This document shows, in pieces, positions 45,070-58,100 of a stretch of DNA of 64,000 bases. Each line of letters begins with the position of its first letter. Positions within the stretch are counted from its first letter, which is position 1. Source of the DNA: Savitreella phatthalungensis (taxonomy: Eukaryota); assembly GCA_051599415.1 (NCBI GenBank), contig AP039692.1:496001-560000 (forward strand), written 5' to 3'. The translations under genes and the position numbers were made by a program. Under the pieces are notes generated by a model. That model did no database searches, had not been told where the DNA came from, and worked only from the letters and a program-made list of their open reading frames with translations.

Positions 45070-46969
45070 TGTTGGATAATCAGAGACAAGCGAACCCGTT
45101 GCTTTATGTACCCGCAGTCCACCATGATACATCATCGGTCCGGTAGATCCTGTATCCGGTGTCATCGTCCGGACGAATAGTTTCTTAGCTCATCCCTCCT
45201 GCGGGCACATGCCACCTGCTGTATTCCGTTCTGCTTAAAATAGACCAAAGTGCTGCACTGTGCCAAGGACGGCGGCCGCTTAGCAACCTGCACCTGCGTC
45301 ATTTTTGTCAGTCGCCCATCAGTCGCAGTTTCAGCAGTATATAGAGCAGCCAAACAGTTTTGAGGACTGTTGCTTCTAGTAGCAGAACGGGAATAGTGTG
45401 TCATCCTGCGAGAAGTGCGTGCGCCAGGTGACAAGCGAGCAAGTGCACATGAAGCTGAATGAGGCAAATTCCGATCCGATCAGGAGTTTGCTTTCTAGCA
45501 TTTGTCTCCCAAAATAGCTCAGCGGCTGATGACCATCGGTAGTCAATGGAGATGTCAACAATTCTCAGGCGAGTGACTAAGCTGATTTGCAAGAGTTGGT
45601 GATTCGATAGATTACTCGATCGATGAAGATTCGATTCCCACACAGAAGCCTCCATCGTCATCGAGCACCCGGAGGTGGTTGATGATCTCATCTCGTGGAT
45701 TGACTTTGCCTGTTTTTTAGTCAGTCCAGATGGGTTTTAGGTATCTGTATCTACAAAGAGCGCATTCTGCCCCATCGTAGATCACTAGTCAGGTGGAAAA
45801 CTCACGAGTATATTCTACGAGGGACAATGAAAGCTCATGTGGGTGTGTCTTGTGGATTTCTATTCTTGGCATCCAACATTCCTCAACCGATCCAGTTCCT
45901 CGCTGACTTGCCTCACTCGGACTTCTTAGCGAGTATGAACACGAAAACGTGTTCAGAGTCATCGCCACGAGGATCATGAGACACCAAGTTGGCCGTCAGC
46001 CGGATTCACTTGGAACGAGTGGCTCTGACTGGCGATCGGCGTTAGTAATCCTGTGACATTTCCATCTGCTGCCCAATTTTGTGGAGGGAGTGAATGACAA
46101 ACAGCTCAAAAGGGTTGCGCTCTGGCTTTGATCAGTCTCTAGAACGCGTCAAATCGCTTGCAAACGTTTACTGTACATGCACGTTCACAATGCTTCCGTA
46201 AGGATGATTGGAGGAGAACGTCGGAAAGGACCGAGAACTTTTGCATGTTTTATCACCACCCTGACGATTAATCCACCTCGATTTTACTTATTTCAGTCTG
46301 CCATCAACTCCAATGCAGCAGTGCGGCAAACCAATATTCCGCCTCGGAAGAGATTCCACTTCCCTTTCAATTCCGACCTCCGTGACTCTCGGAAGCCCCG
46401 AAAGCTGCGGACCACAGCGATCGCTTCCTGCAGGGATAGGAATTGTGCGTCATTATTCAATCAGAACAATTGCTTCAGTAATTCACCCATACTGGTAATC
46501 AATACGAATGACAGCCGTAGGCACGTGTCGATTGCCGAGACTGCCGGCCAGACCTAAACTAATTGATACTCCTAGCAGATGACGTCATCGTCAAGTCATG
46601 GACCCCTGCTACAGTCTCTTCTTAGTTGTGTCAGCTATAGTTGCTCTTCTCAGAGCTACCCCGGTCGATCTCAGGCGCATGCGGTCTGTTGATGTCGACG
46701 CAGCTCTCTATCCATTCATCACAATCTCAGCATACACCGATCATCAGCAGACCACCTGAAACGCTCACATGTCAGAAATCCTACGCATCAGCAACTCTGT
46801 TCTTGCATCATGTGGATCAGGTACTTGCGGACGGCGCAAGTCGGGCATCAAGGGCAAGCAAATGTATATCCTGAGAAGGGCATGGGGTTGACTTTGACGT
46901 GATTCAAGAGCTCTAGAGTTAAATGCTACGGAGAGAATGATGGTGAATCAGCGACAGAGTGATCACTGT

Positions 46970-47365
46970 CTACCACTTGACGGGCGTGCATGCTGTCCAA
47001 TTCTTATTATCTGTTGAAACCTGCCACGTTCTCCAGCATAGATGAAGGTTCGGTGGATTGACCCATCCTGCTGCCGCATACAGCGTACTCCACCCTGTTT
47101 GATCGATTGTGACTGGTACGGCGTTTGCCCAGTAGTCGCCTGCTGGTCTCTGGCACGATCCGGCGTAGGTCAAGTCGGCGCCTGTGTTCGGGACGATGTT
47201 GAAGTTCTTCTGCACAAATAGCGGGTCCAGCGGTTGGGAGATTCCGTCTGGCGACGTGCACGTGGCTTGTCCGTTGTTCAGCTGGACGTCGCTCATCAGC
47301 GGTAGCTTCGTGACGGCACTCTGACCGAGGCCTACAAGCATTGCTGAGATGAGGATGAGGTGCAT
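46970..47365 (-). CDS. Small secreted 4-Cys protein, 131 aa (family copy 2)
   Basis: Signal MHLILISAMLVGLGQSA. Domain LNNGQATC..TYAGSC..AAAGW..LHLCWRTWQVSTDNKNWTAC. TATAAAA about 50 bp upstream. Confidence 0.85.
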   Translation of the reverse strand: MHLILISAMLVGLGQSAVTKLPLMSDVQLNNGQATCTSPDGISQPLDPLFVQKNFNIVPNTGADLTYAGSCQRPAGDYWANAVPVTIDQTGWSTLYAAAGWVNPPNLHLCWRTWQVSTDNKNWTACTPVKW

Positions 47366-47879
47366 GACTGTAGAGAAGGCGAATGATGTAGGTTGTGAGC
47401 TCTTCCACGCCTTTTATAAACCATCACCCACACAACTCATGAGTGTTTGTGCTCAAAGACACGCGAGTGCTCGGCGACTGCGGCAGTTACGCTTCCAGAG
47501 CTATGTGTCACGGACGCTTCCGTAGATCACGTGAACTCCCCATTCGTAGTCTTTGTACACACCTTCATTCTCAACAGGTCATAGCAACAGGGACGTAAAC
47601 GTGTGACAGCATGGCCTCCAAACAGAATGTACCGAATGTTATGAGTACCTGATCATGCGCATCCGAGGAAGCTTGATGACATGCCTGATCGGCATCCTCA
47701 TAGTCATCAAGCAATGCACTGGAGACAGATGGGTCGAGAAAGTCATTCAATATGTACATTCCAAAGATTGGTGAACTTGGACTTGATTGATGTGGAAAGT
47801 ACGAGGTTCTACGACCGATCTTGTGAGGTCTGCAATGCGTCTCTCTGAGTGTGATCCAGAGAAGGAAACTCGAGAGAGA

Positions 47880-48752
47880 TCAGCCGGACACGTACTTGCA
47901 GTCCAGGTAATCACGAGAAAAGCTTGTGTCCCTTGCCTGCTGCCAGCTGTGCCAACAAATGTGAAGGTTATCGCCCCTGAGCCAGGCCATGGTGACGTAT
48001 CCCCAATGACCGGCGTACTGGACTTCTTGGCCGCCTGTGATGAGGACTTCTTGCGCCTGTGCCCAGTAGGTCCCAGCGGGCTTCTCACATTTGCCCGCGT
48101 ATGCAAATTGCTCGTTCGGGCTCGGCTGGACGCTGAATTTGCCGGAATTCTGTACGAAGCCGGCATCGATCGTCGTCTGCTGGACTCCCTTTATAGCGCC
48201 GGTAGGATTGCCGTTAAAGCAGATGCTCGAACCGTGGTTCACATGCAGCTTCTCGATGTCCGGCTGCTTGAAGGCGGCAGCGCCCGTAGCACTTGCGCTT
48301 GGATGTACATCAGATGAACGAGTGGCGCTGGGGTCTGGTGTCGTGTCTGCCATTGAAAGTGCAGACACGCCAGAGTCACTCCCTGATGGAGTCGCCGTGG
48401 CTCTCTGCTTCGAGGGAGTCGGTGTCGGTGTCGGAGTGACTAGAGGATCATCAGAAGGAGTTGGTCGCCAGGAGTGGTGTGACCTGCGAGGGCTTGGCTT
48501 TACGTCGGGAGTCGAAGAAGCATCTGAGTTCCACGGCGTAGAAGTATCAGTAGGCGCAGAATTTCTGTCTGCCGGAAGCGTGCTACTCGGACTGACAGCG
48601 CGCCGGTTCAAGCGATGGACGAAACGATGCGACGGAGCAGGCACGTCCGGAGCCCATGGCTCATTGGTATCAGGAGGTGAGTTGTCTCCCACTGCATCAT
48701 CGGCGATAACCTTGACAGCAAGAGCGGCTAGAGTGAGAGCGATGATTTGCAT
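47880..48752 (-). CDS. Secreted protein with P/T/S/D-rich linker and C-terminal 4-Cys domain (family copy 3)
   Basis: Signal MQIIALTLAALAVKVIA. Domain VNHGSSIC..AYAGKC..TMAW..LHICWHSWQQ..YLDC. TATAAA about 55 bp upstream. Confidence 0.85.
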   Translation of the reverse strand: MQIIALTLAALAVKVIADDAVGDNSPPDTNEPWAPDVPAPSHRFVHRLNRRAVSPSSTLPADRNSAPTDTSTPWNSDASSTPDVKPSPRRSHHSWRPTPSDDPLVTPTPTPTPSKQRATATPSGSDSGVSALSMADTTPDPSATRSSDVHPSASATGAAAFKQPDIEKLHVNHGSSICFNGNPTGAIKGVQQTTIDAGFVQNSGKFSVQPSPNEQFAYAGKCEKPAGTYWAQAQEVLITGGQEVQYAGHWGYVTMAWLRGDNLHICWHSWQQARDTSFSRDYLDCKYVSG

Positions 48753-49085
48753 TTCGTCGGGCTTCTCGATGGATGATCCTGAAAGCCAGTCGGGGATGCA
48801 ACCCTCTTTATATCATTTCTTGGTCAATCTCGCGTGACGAATCCGGGAGAGCTGGCATTACACATGACAGCTCATGTGTTGATGCGCGTGGGCCATGCTC
48901 CGGTGGATACATGCCGAAGCATGGCTCTCGTCATATTAGCAGAGTGCCAAGTGACCATATCGTCAAGCATTCCACCCATCTCGGGAGCCTGCTGGCGCCG
49001 ACAAGGATGCCAGAACCGGCAGACGACTCAGCTCAAGGAACGCACCCTTGCTCGTTTCGTGACATTTCTCTTGTACATTCGGATG

Positions 49086-51554
49086 TTACATTCCAGCTTG
49101 CCGTGTCCACAGGGCTGCATAGTATCCGTATCCGGTAGGTGAGGCTTTACTGGCTTCAATAAGTTGGTCATGGGTACCTCTCTCGACGATTTGGCCGTCT
49201 CGGACGACGATGATGAGGTCAGCTTGACGGATGGTCGACAGTCTGTGTGCGACGACGAAGGCTGTTCGGTTTCTCGCAAGGTTTGAGAGTGCCTGCTGGA
49301 TGAGATGCTCTGTGTGAGCGTCGACCATCGAGGTTGCCTCGTCTAGAAGGACGATCGGAGAATCTCGCAGAAGAGCTCTCGCAATCGCCACCCGCTGGAG
49401 CTCACCACCTGACAATTTCACACCGCGCTCGCCGACCTCGGTGTCGTACCCGTCTGGCAGCGACATGATTCGGTCGTGGACGGCTGCTGCGCGGCAGGCA
49501 TTCTCAATCTCTGCGTCAGTGGCGTCGAGACGGGCGTAACGCAGATTTTCACGCAGACTGAAGTTGAAAAGCGCTGGGTCCTGAGGGACGTAGGCGAAGG
49601 CCTCACGGAGCGAGTCGAGCGTGACGCTCCTTACATCCTGATCATCGATCGTGATTGCGCCAGAGCTGACGTCGAAATACCTGTACAGCAGCTTGAGAAG
49701 GGTCGATTTGCCACCACCGGTTTCGCCGACAAGAGCAACCGTCTGACCACGCTTGGCGACGAAGGAGATATCCCGGATCACTGGTCTGCGTGGATCGTAG
49801 CTGAAAGCGACGTTCCGGAAGACGACTTCACCACGCTTGAGTTCCAGAGGTTGAGCGTCAGGGGCGTCTACGACGGACGCTTTTGTCGTCAGCAGCTTGA
49901 GAAGACGCTCAGAGTTGGTGAGCATCTGGGAGATCTTCCGCACAGAGTATGTGACTTCCCATAGTGGATCCTCAATACTCGTCCAGTAGGTGGCAAGGGT
50001 GATGAAGCGGCCGACGGGGGTGCGGCCTGTTGCGACTCTGTGAGCTGCCAAGATGGTGGCTGCGATGTATCCTGCTGTGAGCGCAGCAGACTGAACGCCT
50101 GCGGCCGCGTTCCATGCAATGTAGTATCGTGTGGCGGCCTTTCGTTGCTTTGCTGTCACGGCCTGGTAGCGTGCGCACTCGTGCTCGCCGCGATTGAAGT
50201 GTGAGACCGTGTGCCAGGAGGAAATTGCCTCATTCTGAATGCGGCCTGACTCTGCGATGGCCGTATTGTGGTCTCTCAGGAGCTGGGTACTGAGGCCGTT
50301 GACTTTCGCACCGACCAGCATGTACGCTGTTCCCATCAGCAAGAGTACGAGCGCCATATACACATCGTCATCAAACAACACGTATACGTAGACGAGTGCG
50401 ATCGCGAGGTCGAAGAACGTCGGCAGCGCCGTCACAAATACAAATTCGAGTAAGTCGTGGAGTTCCGAGCCTTGATCGATGGCACGAATCAGCTCACCTG
50501 AGGACTTGTCGTTGTGGAAGTCCATGGAGAGATGCATGATATGGCGAAATGCGGTGGTGACGATGTTCTGGAAAGCAGTGTACCTGACTGGCACCTGAAC
50601 GATCTCTCGCAGCAACGGAAATCCAATGAAGGAGTTGAGGGCATAGTAAATTGCCCATAGAGTTACACTCGACCATGGCGACTCGCCCCTGGCTAGTTGA
50701 TCGCCCACGAGACCGAGCTGCCGCGGGACGAGGACGTTCAGGATGCGGCAAGCAATAATACATACGCCGGCCGTGGCGAAACAGAACTGAACAACAAGAT
50801 TGTTGCGCGGCCACAACATCGGCAGGAAAATGCGGTAGTTTGAAAGGTAGGCAAACCAGCTTCCTGATGCCCTCAGACGCTTGCGCTGCTCCTTTCGCAG
50901 CTGTTTGTGATCCTCTGCGATGTCCGGGTCTCCCTCGTTGTCGGAGTCCAGAAATCCTTGGACGTCTTCATCCTCATCGTCAGAGTCGGTCTCTTCAGGA
51001 TCGAGAAGCGTGTCTGTGGATGCGGTCAGACCAGCTGATGGCACATCTTCTAGCATGATTCGCTTCGGTCGACTGTCCATGGCTATTGTCGTGCTGATGA
51101 CAAGAACGAATGCAAGGCACACAATGCGCAAGTACGCTGGCACGTTCTGCTGAAATGCAGCGAGTGTGAGCTCCGCTACAAGGGCGAGCGTGCAGCTGCC
51201 AAGGTATGGGTGCCACACTGGATTCTTGGTGCTCGACAGGTTGACTGCAAGCAACGTGTAGATGACCAGCCTGAGTACGACAGATACAGCGTGAGCATCC
51301 TGACCAGACCGTGCATCGAGCACAGCATCTGCAAGCTGGATGGCCTCGATCAGGAGGGTGATGCAGGACAGGATGAGGAGGGTAATGATGCAGAGTCGTC
51401 TGCGCGGATATCTTGCAGCACGGGAGCCCTTGTGGAGCAGGCATGTGGCGATAATGCTCGCAGCAAGATAGTAAGCGCCGATGAGCGCGGGCACAGAATA
51501 GTAGAGAGCCACGAGCATGTTAGTCGTCTGCTGGGTTGAAAATAGGACATTCAT
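49086..51554 (-). CDS. Half-size ABCB transporter, HMT1/ABCB6-type
   Basis: Extra N-terminal TM region, ABC TMD (HIMHLSMDFHNDKSSGE), Walker A GETGGGKST, Q-loop VPQD, LSGGELQR, Walker B LLDEATS, AHRLST. Start is ATG 51554 or 51518. Confidence 0.9.
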   Translation of the reverse strand: MNVLFSTQQTTNMLVALYYSVPALIGAYYLAASIIATCLLHKGSRAARYPRRRLCIITLLILSCITLLIEAIQLADAVLDARSGQDAHAVSVVLRLVIYTLLAVNLSSTKNPVWHPYLGSCTLALVAELTLAAFQQNVPAYLRIVCLAFVLVISTTIAMDSRPKRIMLEDVPSAGLTASTDTLLDPEETDSDDEDEDVQGFLDSDNEGDPDIAEDHKQLRKEQRKRLRASGSWFAYLSNYRIFLPMLWPRNNLVVQFCFATAGVCIIACRILNVLVPRQLGLVGDQLARGESPWSSVTLWAIYYALNSFIGFPLLREIVQVPVRYTAFQNIVTTAFRHIMHLSMDFHNDKSSGELIRAIDQGSELHDLLEFVFVTALPTFFDLAIALVYVYVLFDDDVYMALVLLLMGTAYMLVGAKVNGLSTQLLRDHNTAIAESGRIQNEAISSWHTVSHFNRGEHECARYQAVTAKQRKAATRYYIAWNAAAGVQSAALTAGYIAATILAAHRVATGRTPVGRFITLATYWTSIEDPLWEVTYSVRKISQMLTNSERLLKLLTTKASVVDAPDAQPLELKRGEVVFRNVAFSYDPRRPVIRDISFVAKRGQTVALVGETGGGKSTLLKLLYRYFDVSSGAITIDDQDVRSVTLDSLREAFAYVPQDPALFNFSLRENLRYARLDATDAEIENACRAAAVHDRIMSLPDGYDTEVGERGVKLSGGELQRVAIARALLRDSPIVLLDEATSMVDAHTEHLIQQALSNLARNRTAFVVAHRLSTIRQADLIIVVRDGQIVERGTHDQLIEASKASPTGYGYYAALWTRQAGM

Positions 51555-51797
51555 CTTGAGAGATTGTCTAGCAATAGGCTTTCCGCACCCTAGGCCTAAT
51601 TCAAAGTCAAGAAAGAGCCTGGAAAGGACAGGTGTTAGGACCAGTTGAGCACCCGAGGTGATGCGTCTGAAAAAGAGCCTTGCCAGAGACCCATCAAGCA
51701 CACGTACGTGTCTCCTCTGTGTCTGTGTGTGGGTTGGTCCAGCTAAACGGCAACTTTGAGCGATCGATTTAATATGACGCTGTAGCTCGATCGGGAG

Positions 51798-51819
51798 TTT
51801 TTTTTTTTTTTTTTTTTTT
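51798..51819. repeat. Poly(T) tract (22 nt) between the ABC transporter start and the NRPS stop
   Basis: Homopolymer directly visible; may be a nucleosome-excluding promoter element. Confidence 0.85.
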
Positions 51820-52184
51820 CACTTTTACATGTGGGTGGTGCCCCTCTTCCGTGCTGTAGACTCAGGCTGGACGACAGCGGTGATTCACAGAAGAAATAGA
51901 GACGTAACATTTATGAGTCATTCTCTCGCTGATAGTCTACCTTTTCCACGATGCTGGTGTATAGGTAGATATTTGTTCAATTGAATATATGCCTCGCTCT
52001 ATGTTGAACGTTCGCCCGTGTCTACGTACGCGTGTATGTATGTTAGATGTGTATGTGCGCCTGTGTGATATAATGCTCCTATAGACCTCCGATTCCTCCT
52101 TGTCCTCATAATGTATGTATGCATAGTTGCGCGTGTCTGTACGGAATATGTACAGTATGTGCATCAGATGAGTAACTGCGCGTC

Positions 52185-55100
52185 TCACTTCAATTGTTTG
52201 CCGATTGCGGCTTGCCAGATGTCGCTGATGAGCTGCTGGGCAGCAGCTTTGGCGAGGTCTTCTGAAGCGCCTAGACAGCTTCGTCTTCCAAAGACTCCGA
52301 TGTCGACGAAGGCCGAACCATCCGACTGAGTGACGACGCCAACCTCGATGTCGAGCTGTGGCTTGACGAACAAGTCTTTCGATGTATTTGCTGATGACGA
52401 AATGTCCTTGTATGCACGTCGGATCTGGTTGATATGTTGCGGTGCCAGAGTCGAGCTGAAGGAGACACTCTTCAATGCGGCGTTCTTGTCATCGGAGCTG
52501 CGGACAGGCAGGATGTTAACGCAGACGTCAATCAGGCCACCGTCGTCGAAGTCATTAAGAGATTGGTGGAGCTGGTCGACTCTAACTGCGGCATCGAGAC
52601 TGCCTTGTAGAGACGTGATCTTCTGATGTATCTGCTTTGCACACGCTTCGATGCCGTCTGAAAGATCGACGACGAGCGGCACGATGTTGACAGTGGGCGC
52701 ATTGATCGAGTCGGCGCCGTCGATCGGCAGCGATCGGCCTGCGAGATAGGTACCCAAGGTGAATTTCTTGGTAGCTCGATCGGCACTCTTCGTAAGGATG
52801 ATGGATCCGATTGCAGCAAGATAGATTGATTGTGCTGAGACACCGAGCCTCTTCGCTCGTGCTTGGACAATCGTCGCATCGCGAGCGTTCTCGTACCCAG
52901 TTGAATGCAAGTCGAACTGGTGATCGTCGCCCGCTTCTGCTTCCTCGAGATGAAAAGGTGTCACATCGCCCAGATAGTGTCGCCAATTTGCTTGAATCCC
53001 CTCTTGTTGATGGTGTATACTACTTGCTAGCTGGAACAGAGATTCATCATGCTTCTGATGTTCTCCATTTAGGGCTTGCTCAATTTGTTGGAGACTTAGC
53101 GCATCGTATAGCGCGTGATGGATGGTTAGGACCAGTTGTCGACCATCCTGTGCGATGATATGCGTAAGCCTTGCTTGCGGCTGCTCCTCTGGAATGAGGA
53201 ATTGTCGAGAATCGATGAATGCCGAGATGGCTGTAGAGAGGTACTCTTGAGACTCGTAAGTCTGCACGCGTGCATTTGGTGCCTTCTTCATGCAGTACTG
53301 CAGGTGCTGACCGCTCACAGTGGTAAAAGCAGTACGCAGTATATCTGTCGTGTCGACAAGCTCCTGCCATCGGGCTTCGACAGTCTCGCTGCTTAAAATT
53401 TTGGGCACGTCCAGGGTGAAGTTTGATAAGAATCGCGCACCATTCGTTGCCCGGTGAGCGGCATGGAAGTACGCCTGTGCCGGCAAGACTGGTGCAACAA
53501 AGCTAAGAGCGTCCTCAGTGAGACCGAGTTGCTTGCTTGTCCGAATGAGCAATTCACTGTCAGCTGTGAACGACTGACTCGCTGGTGATGACGACGTTTC
53601 GCCACCACGTACAGCTGCGATACCCTCGATCGTTGGTGCCCTCAGAATTTGCGCTACGCTGAGCTTGAGTCCATGTTTTCGTAGACGCTTGTTGAGAGCG
53701 ATAGCTGAAATGGAGTCGAGTCCTACTTCAAAGATATTGGTATCATCATTGAGCTTTGACTGTGGAACGTTCGCCACGATGGCAACAGCTTCCTTGACGA
53801 TTCGGATATGTCTCTCTGATGCTGTGGTGTTCTGAGCGCGTTGGGATTTGGCTGGCAAGTCAATCTCAGCATTCGGCTGCTTGAGAATTCGCCTCAGCGT
53901 CGTGTCCATTGCATCAGCAATGTCAATGCCCGATGGGAGCACATCTTTCCTGACAGCTGTAGTGTAGTGGAGAACACCATCAGCAATCGAACATTCAAGC
54001 GCTAGCGGGAATTCAGTACTTGAGTCTTCCTTGACCGTTGTCCAGGATAACTGAGTCGCCGAAGCTGCCTCCCTTGCGGTCATGAAAATGAAAAGTGCAT
54101 CGAACAGCGGGCCTGATTTGAGCTGCTTCTGTATTTGCCTGAGCGGGGTATGGACATAGGGTGAGAGCGCTGTAGTCCACTCGTGGAGCTGTTGAGCAAG
54201 CTGATCGAATGTTGGTCGCTGGAGGGATGCGGTAGAAACCCGGACGGGCACAGTATTCATGCAAGGGCCCAGAATGGAATCGGCTTCTGCGGCAAAATTC
54301 CGGCCGGCGAGGACGAGACCAAAGATGAGGTCTTGTTGCTGGTAGATCTGCATGAGAACTTGTGAATACGCAACTTGCAACAATGCCTGCTGTGTGACTT
54401 TGAGCTGCCGCGAAACGTCACGAAGAGTATCGATATCGATGGATGATGCTGTCACAGCCTTGATGGCCTCCCCACCTGCTGATGGGAGACGAGAGGGCGC
54501 GCTACCGGACAGTTGAGTGTTCCAAAAGTATGTTGCTGAAGACCTGTTCTGAGCATGCAGATGCCGCAGAAGCGGAACGAGTGTGCGCCGTGGCTCAACA
54601 TTGTTGCCGCGAACGAGATCGGAGAGATCTGTTAGAAGCATGTCGAGAGAGACGCCATCGTACAGGGCATGGTGAATTGAGAGTGCCATATAGCTTGACT
54701 TTTTGCCCTCCAGTAAAAGGACCTCGAATGGTTGACGCGAGGATTTTCGATCGCTTTGCCACTGACTGTAAACCTCTTCGACATCTTGATCGGTAGTTTG
54801 GCGCACAATGGGAGAGATCTTCTTGTGAACGAGCTGGACGAATGTCTGGTCATTGTCCGACAATTTGAGAAAGGTTGTCCGGAGAATTTCGTTGTCAGCA
54901 ACAAGTTGTTCCCATGCCTTTTCCAGCACCGTTAGGTCAACGTCACCCTCGAGCTTGTAGAGTGCGTGATTGAGGTAAGCACCCTGCTCATCTGCAAGGT
55001 CGACCTCGATTAGCATACCCTGCTGTGCTGGCGCTACCGGGAGAATATTGACGACGTCAGTAGGGATGTCATGGCTGCGTCGAACGTTCTGGTCGAGCGA

Positions 55101-58100
55101 GGTTAGATATGTATTCCAGTCCTCATCGAAGGTCTGGTCGGAGGTATCTCTGTCATCGTCGAGGTGGCGCTCGATTGCGGCCACAGAGTCGTGCTGCATG
55201 AGCTCATCGACAGACACTCGGATGTTCTGCTTTTTGAGGGCCGCACTTAGTCTGATCAGATCGACAGAGTCTAAACCAAGCGCTGCAAAGGTCTCGTCTC
55301 CAGATGAGCGATGCTCGCCGTCAAGCCGAGCAATTTTCCGGACAATCTTCATGACGAGCGTACCAGTAACACCCAAGCTCGACTCGCCAGAAATCTGTCC
55401 TTGTCCTTGACGGTCAGCGATTGAAAGAGAAGCTGTCTCGTGCTCAATCACGGATGGGGAGAGATCGTGCAGTATATCTCCGGGATCACGCTTGTCCAAT
55501 AGTCCTTGCAGGACGGTCTTGAAAGCTTCGAGGATTACAACTGGGCTTGATGAACAGCGCTCCGTCTTGACTAGGAGGTCCAAAGTGTCCTTGTTTGCTG
55601 TGACGTCGAGAGCGATGCCAAAACCACTATTCTGTGCCGGTTGATCGATGAGATTGAAGCAGTCGAGTGTTTCAGCTGCCGCTGGCTGGTACGAGATGAT
55701 TGTGTCGACAAGTCTTTTACGGGCAGCCAGTCCTAGAGCGGTTTTGATTGCTCGTAACGGGGTATGCTGACGCTGAACGAGGTCCGTGTAGTTCTTGGCA
55801 GCGCGTTGGATAAGCTTTGCCGCAGTATCTCCTTGCTCGACTGAGAGACTGGTAGGTAGAGTGTTGAAAGTCGGATAGGTAGCGAGTTCAATGTCCTCGA
55901 TAGGTTGCGTACGCCCTGAGAGAACGATGGCGTAAAGCGAGGTCGTCTGGAAGCTCGCTTGCAGAGTCAATGCCCATGCTGCAGACAATATTGCGATAGG
56001 CGTGCATTGCAGGTCGTTTGCAAGGGACTGAAGCCGATCGGCAAGCTGCTCTGAGCTTCTAGCTTGACCAGACTGCTTTCCGGTGAGCGTGACAATCCGT
56101 GAGTCCTGGCTACTGGTTTTCCAATGTTCTGCAAACTCGGGCGATGCTCCATCAAGCACATGCTGAACGACTGTCTGAATCGGGGCCTGACTGCTTGCCT
56201 TTTGGCCTTTGTAGAGGCGCTCTAGGTCAAGGAGTAAGACTCCGAGGGACTGTCCATCATAGATCGCATGATGAGCGGTGAATGTGGCCCGAGAGTCGTC
56301 CAGGCTGAGCTCTACAAGCGATTGATTGAGCGGGTAGTCAGATTTTGCGTTGGAAGCCTTTATACCAGGTCTGACGATGACGTGTGCGATACCTTGGCTT
56401 GTGAGCACGAATCTGGAACGCAGAATCGGATGATGCTCGATGAGGATATCGAAAGCGCTTAGCAACTTGCCGCGATCGAGGTTGTCGACAGTAAATTGAA
56501 AGCTGTTGCAGTTGACTTTGCCACTCTTTTGCTGCAGAGATTCGACAACAAGTCCTTCCATTAGTGGAGCGCACGGGAAAAGGTGTTCGATGTCTGCAGC
56601 GTTAATATCGAGTGCTTCTGCGGCAGAGCTTCGATGCTTGTCCGCGAATGCGGCCATATCGTTTTTTGGAGACTGAGAGATGGTCTTCTGAGGATCAGAA
56701 AGCGAGCCAGCGATAGCCTGAATTGTACTGGCTGCCATGACGGTGGCGACACCGACACTTGGTAGACCCGCCTTTGCGAAAGCCCGAACTAGGCTAACTA
56801 CTGAGATAGAGTCGAATCCCAGCTCGAAGATACTTGCGCTTGAGTTGACTTCCCTTGGATCGAGTCGCTTGAGGCGAGCTACAGTCTGGATGACTGCGTC
56901 AACGACGTGAGGATCAGCCGGAGTGGCGTCTTGCGCACCTGATGCATCAGATGCACCACCACTAGTGTCGTCGAGCTCAGAGAATACACGACCAAGCTCC
57001 TTGACATCGACTTTGTTGTTCGGTGTCAAGGGCACTCGGTTGACAACGAGAATGTGCGACGGGAGCATGTATACCGGTAGCCTGCGCTTACATGCGTCCA
57101 GGAGATTAGCCGTGAGATCGTCTTTGCCACGGACGATTTCGAGACCTCCGCTGGACTCCTTCTCGACGATGAACGTGACGAGCTGATCTTTCTTGGTCTT
57201 ATGATGGTTGAGTACTGTGGTGAAAACGTGCTTGAGGTTGTCGGCGGCTTGGCGAATAACATGATCGATTTCACCCGTCTCGATTCTCTGGCCACGGATC
57301 TTGACCTGGGAATCGGATCGCCCGGCGAAATCGTAGCTGTGAGGACCTTGCTCGAGCAGACGAACAAGGTCGCCAGTATGATAAACTCGCGATTTAAGAA
57401 GCTCGTCGTATGTAAAGCGCTCTTTCGTCTGTTTTTCCAAGTTCATGTAGCCTCGAGCGACTTGCGGTCCACCAACAATCAACTCTCCGAGACCGCCTCT
57501 GATGGCAGGCATGGATGAGTCACCGAGGGTCTTGCGGACTACTGAGCTGCAGTTCGGCCAGCACGGTCCGATGATGGAGGGTCGCATATCATGAGGGACT
57601 TGCTTTGCGGCTGTACATCCGATAGTGAGCTCTGTTGGGCCGTAGAAGTTGAAAAGGACATCGGTGTCGCCCCACTCGTCGACAATCTCGCGCCTGAGCA
57701 TTTCGCCACCAGTGATGAAGACGCGCAAGGTCGGAGCTTCTTCGCGTGTGAGCGTGGCTGCTAGCTGGGGCGTGAGATCGAGGTGTGTGATGGCGAACTT
57801 GGAGATGATGCCTGGGATGTCTGATAAAACGACGTCTTTGGGAGCAGCACACACGCGGAAGCCGATGGTGTACGAGAAGAATTGTTCCAGGACCGCAACA
57901 TCAAAATGGAACGATGCGAAGGCGAGGAAGCGAGAATCCTTGTCGAACTGTCCACAGAATTCGTACTCGAAGGCTTTCATTGCCTCAACTGCGTTGCGGT
58001 GAGTCAGACAACATCCTTTGGGACGGCCTGTGGATCCACTTGTGTAGAGGACGTAGGCGAGGTCAGCTTCGTCAATCGATGGTGGCGTGTAGGGAGAGTC

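Noticed and set aside
45170..46960. 1.8-kb spacer within the secreted-gene trio, possibly a decayed fourth paralog
   Set aside because: No YAGxC or LHxCW remnants were seen by eye; a tBLASTn would be needed.
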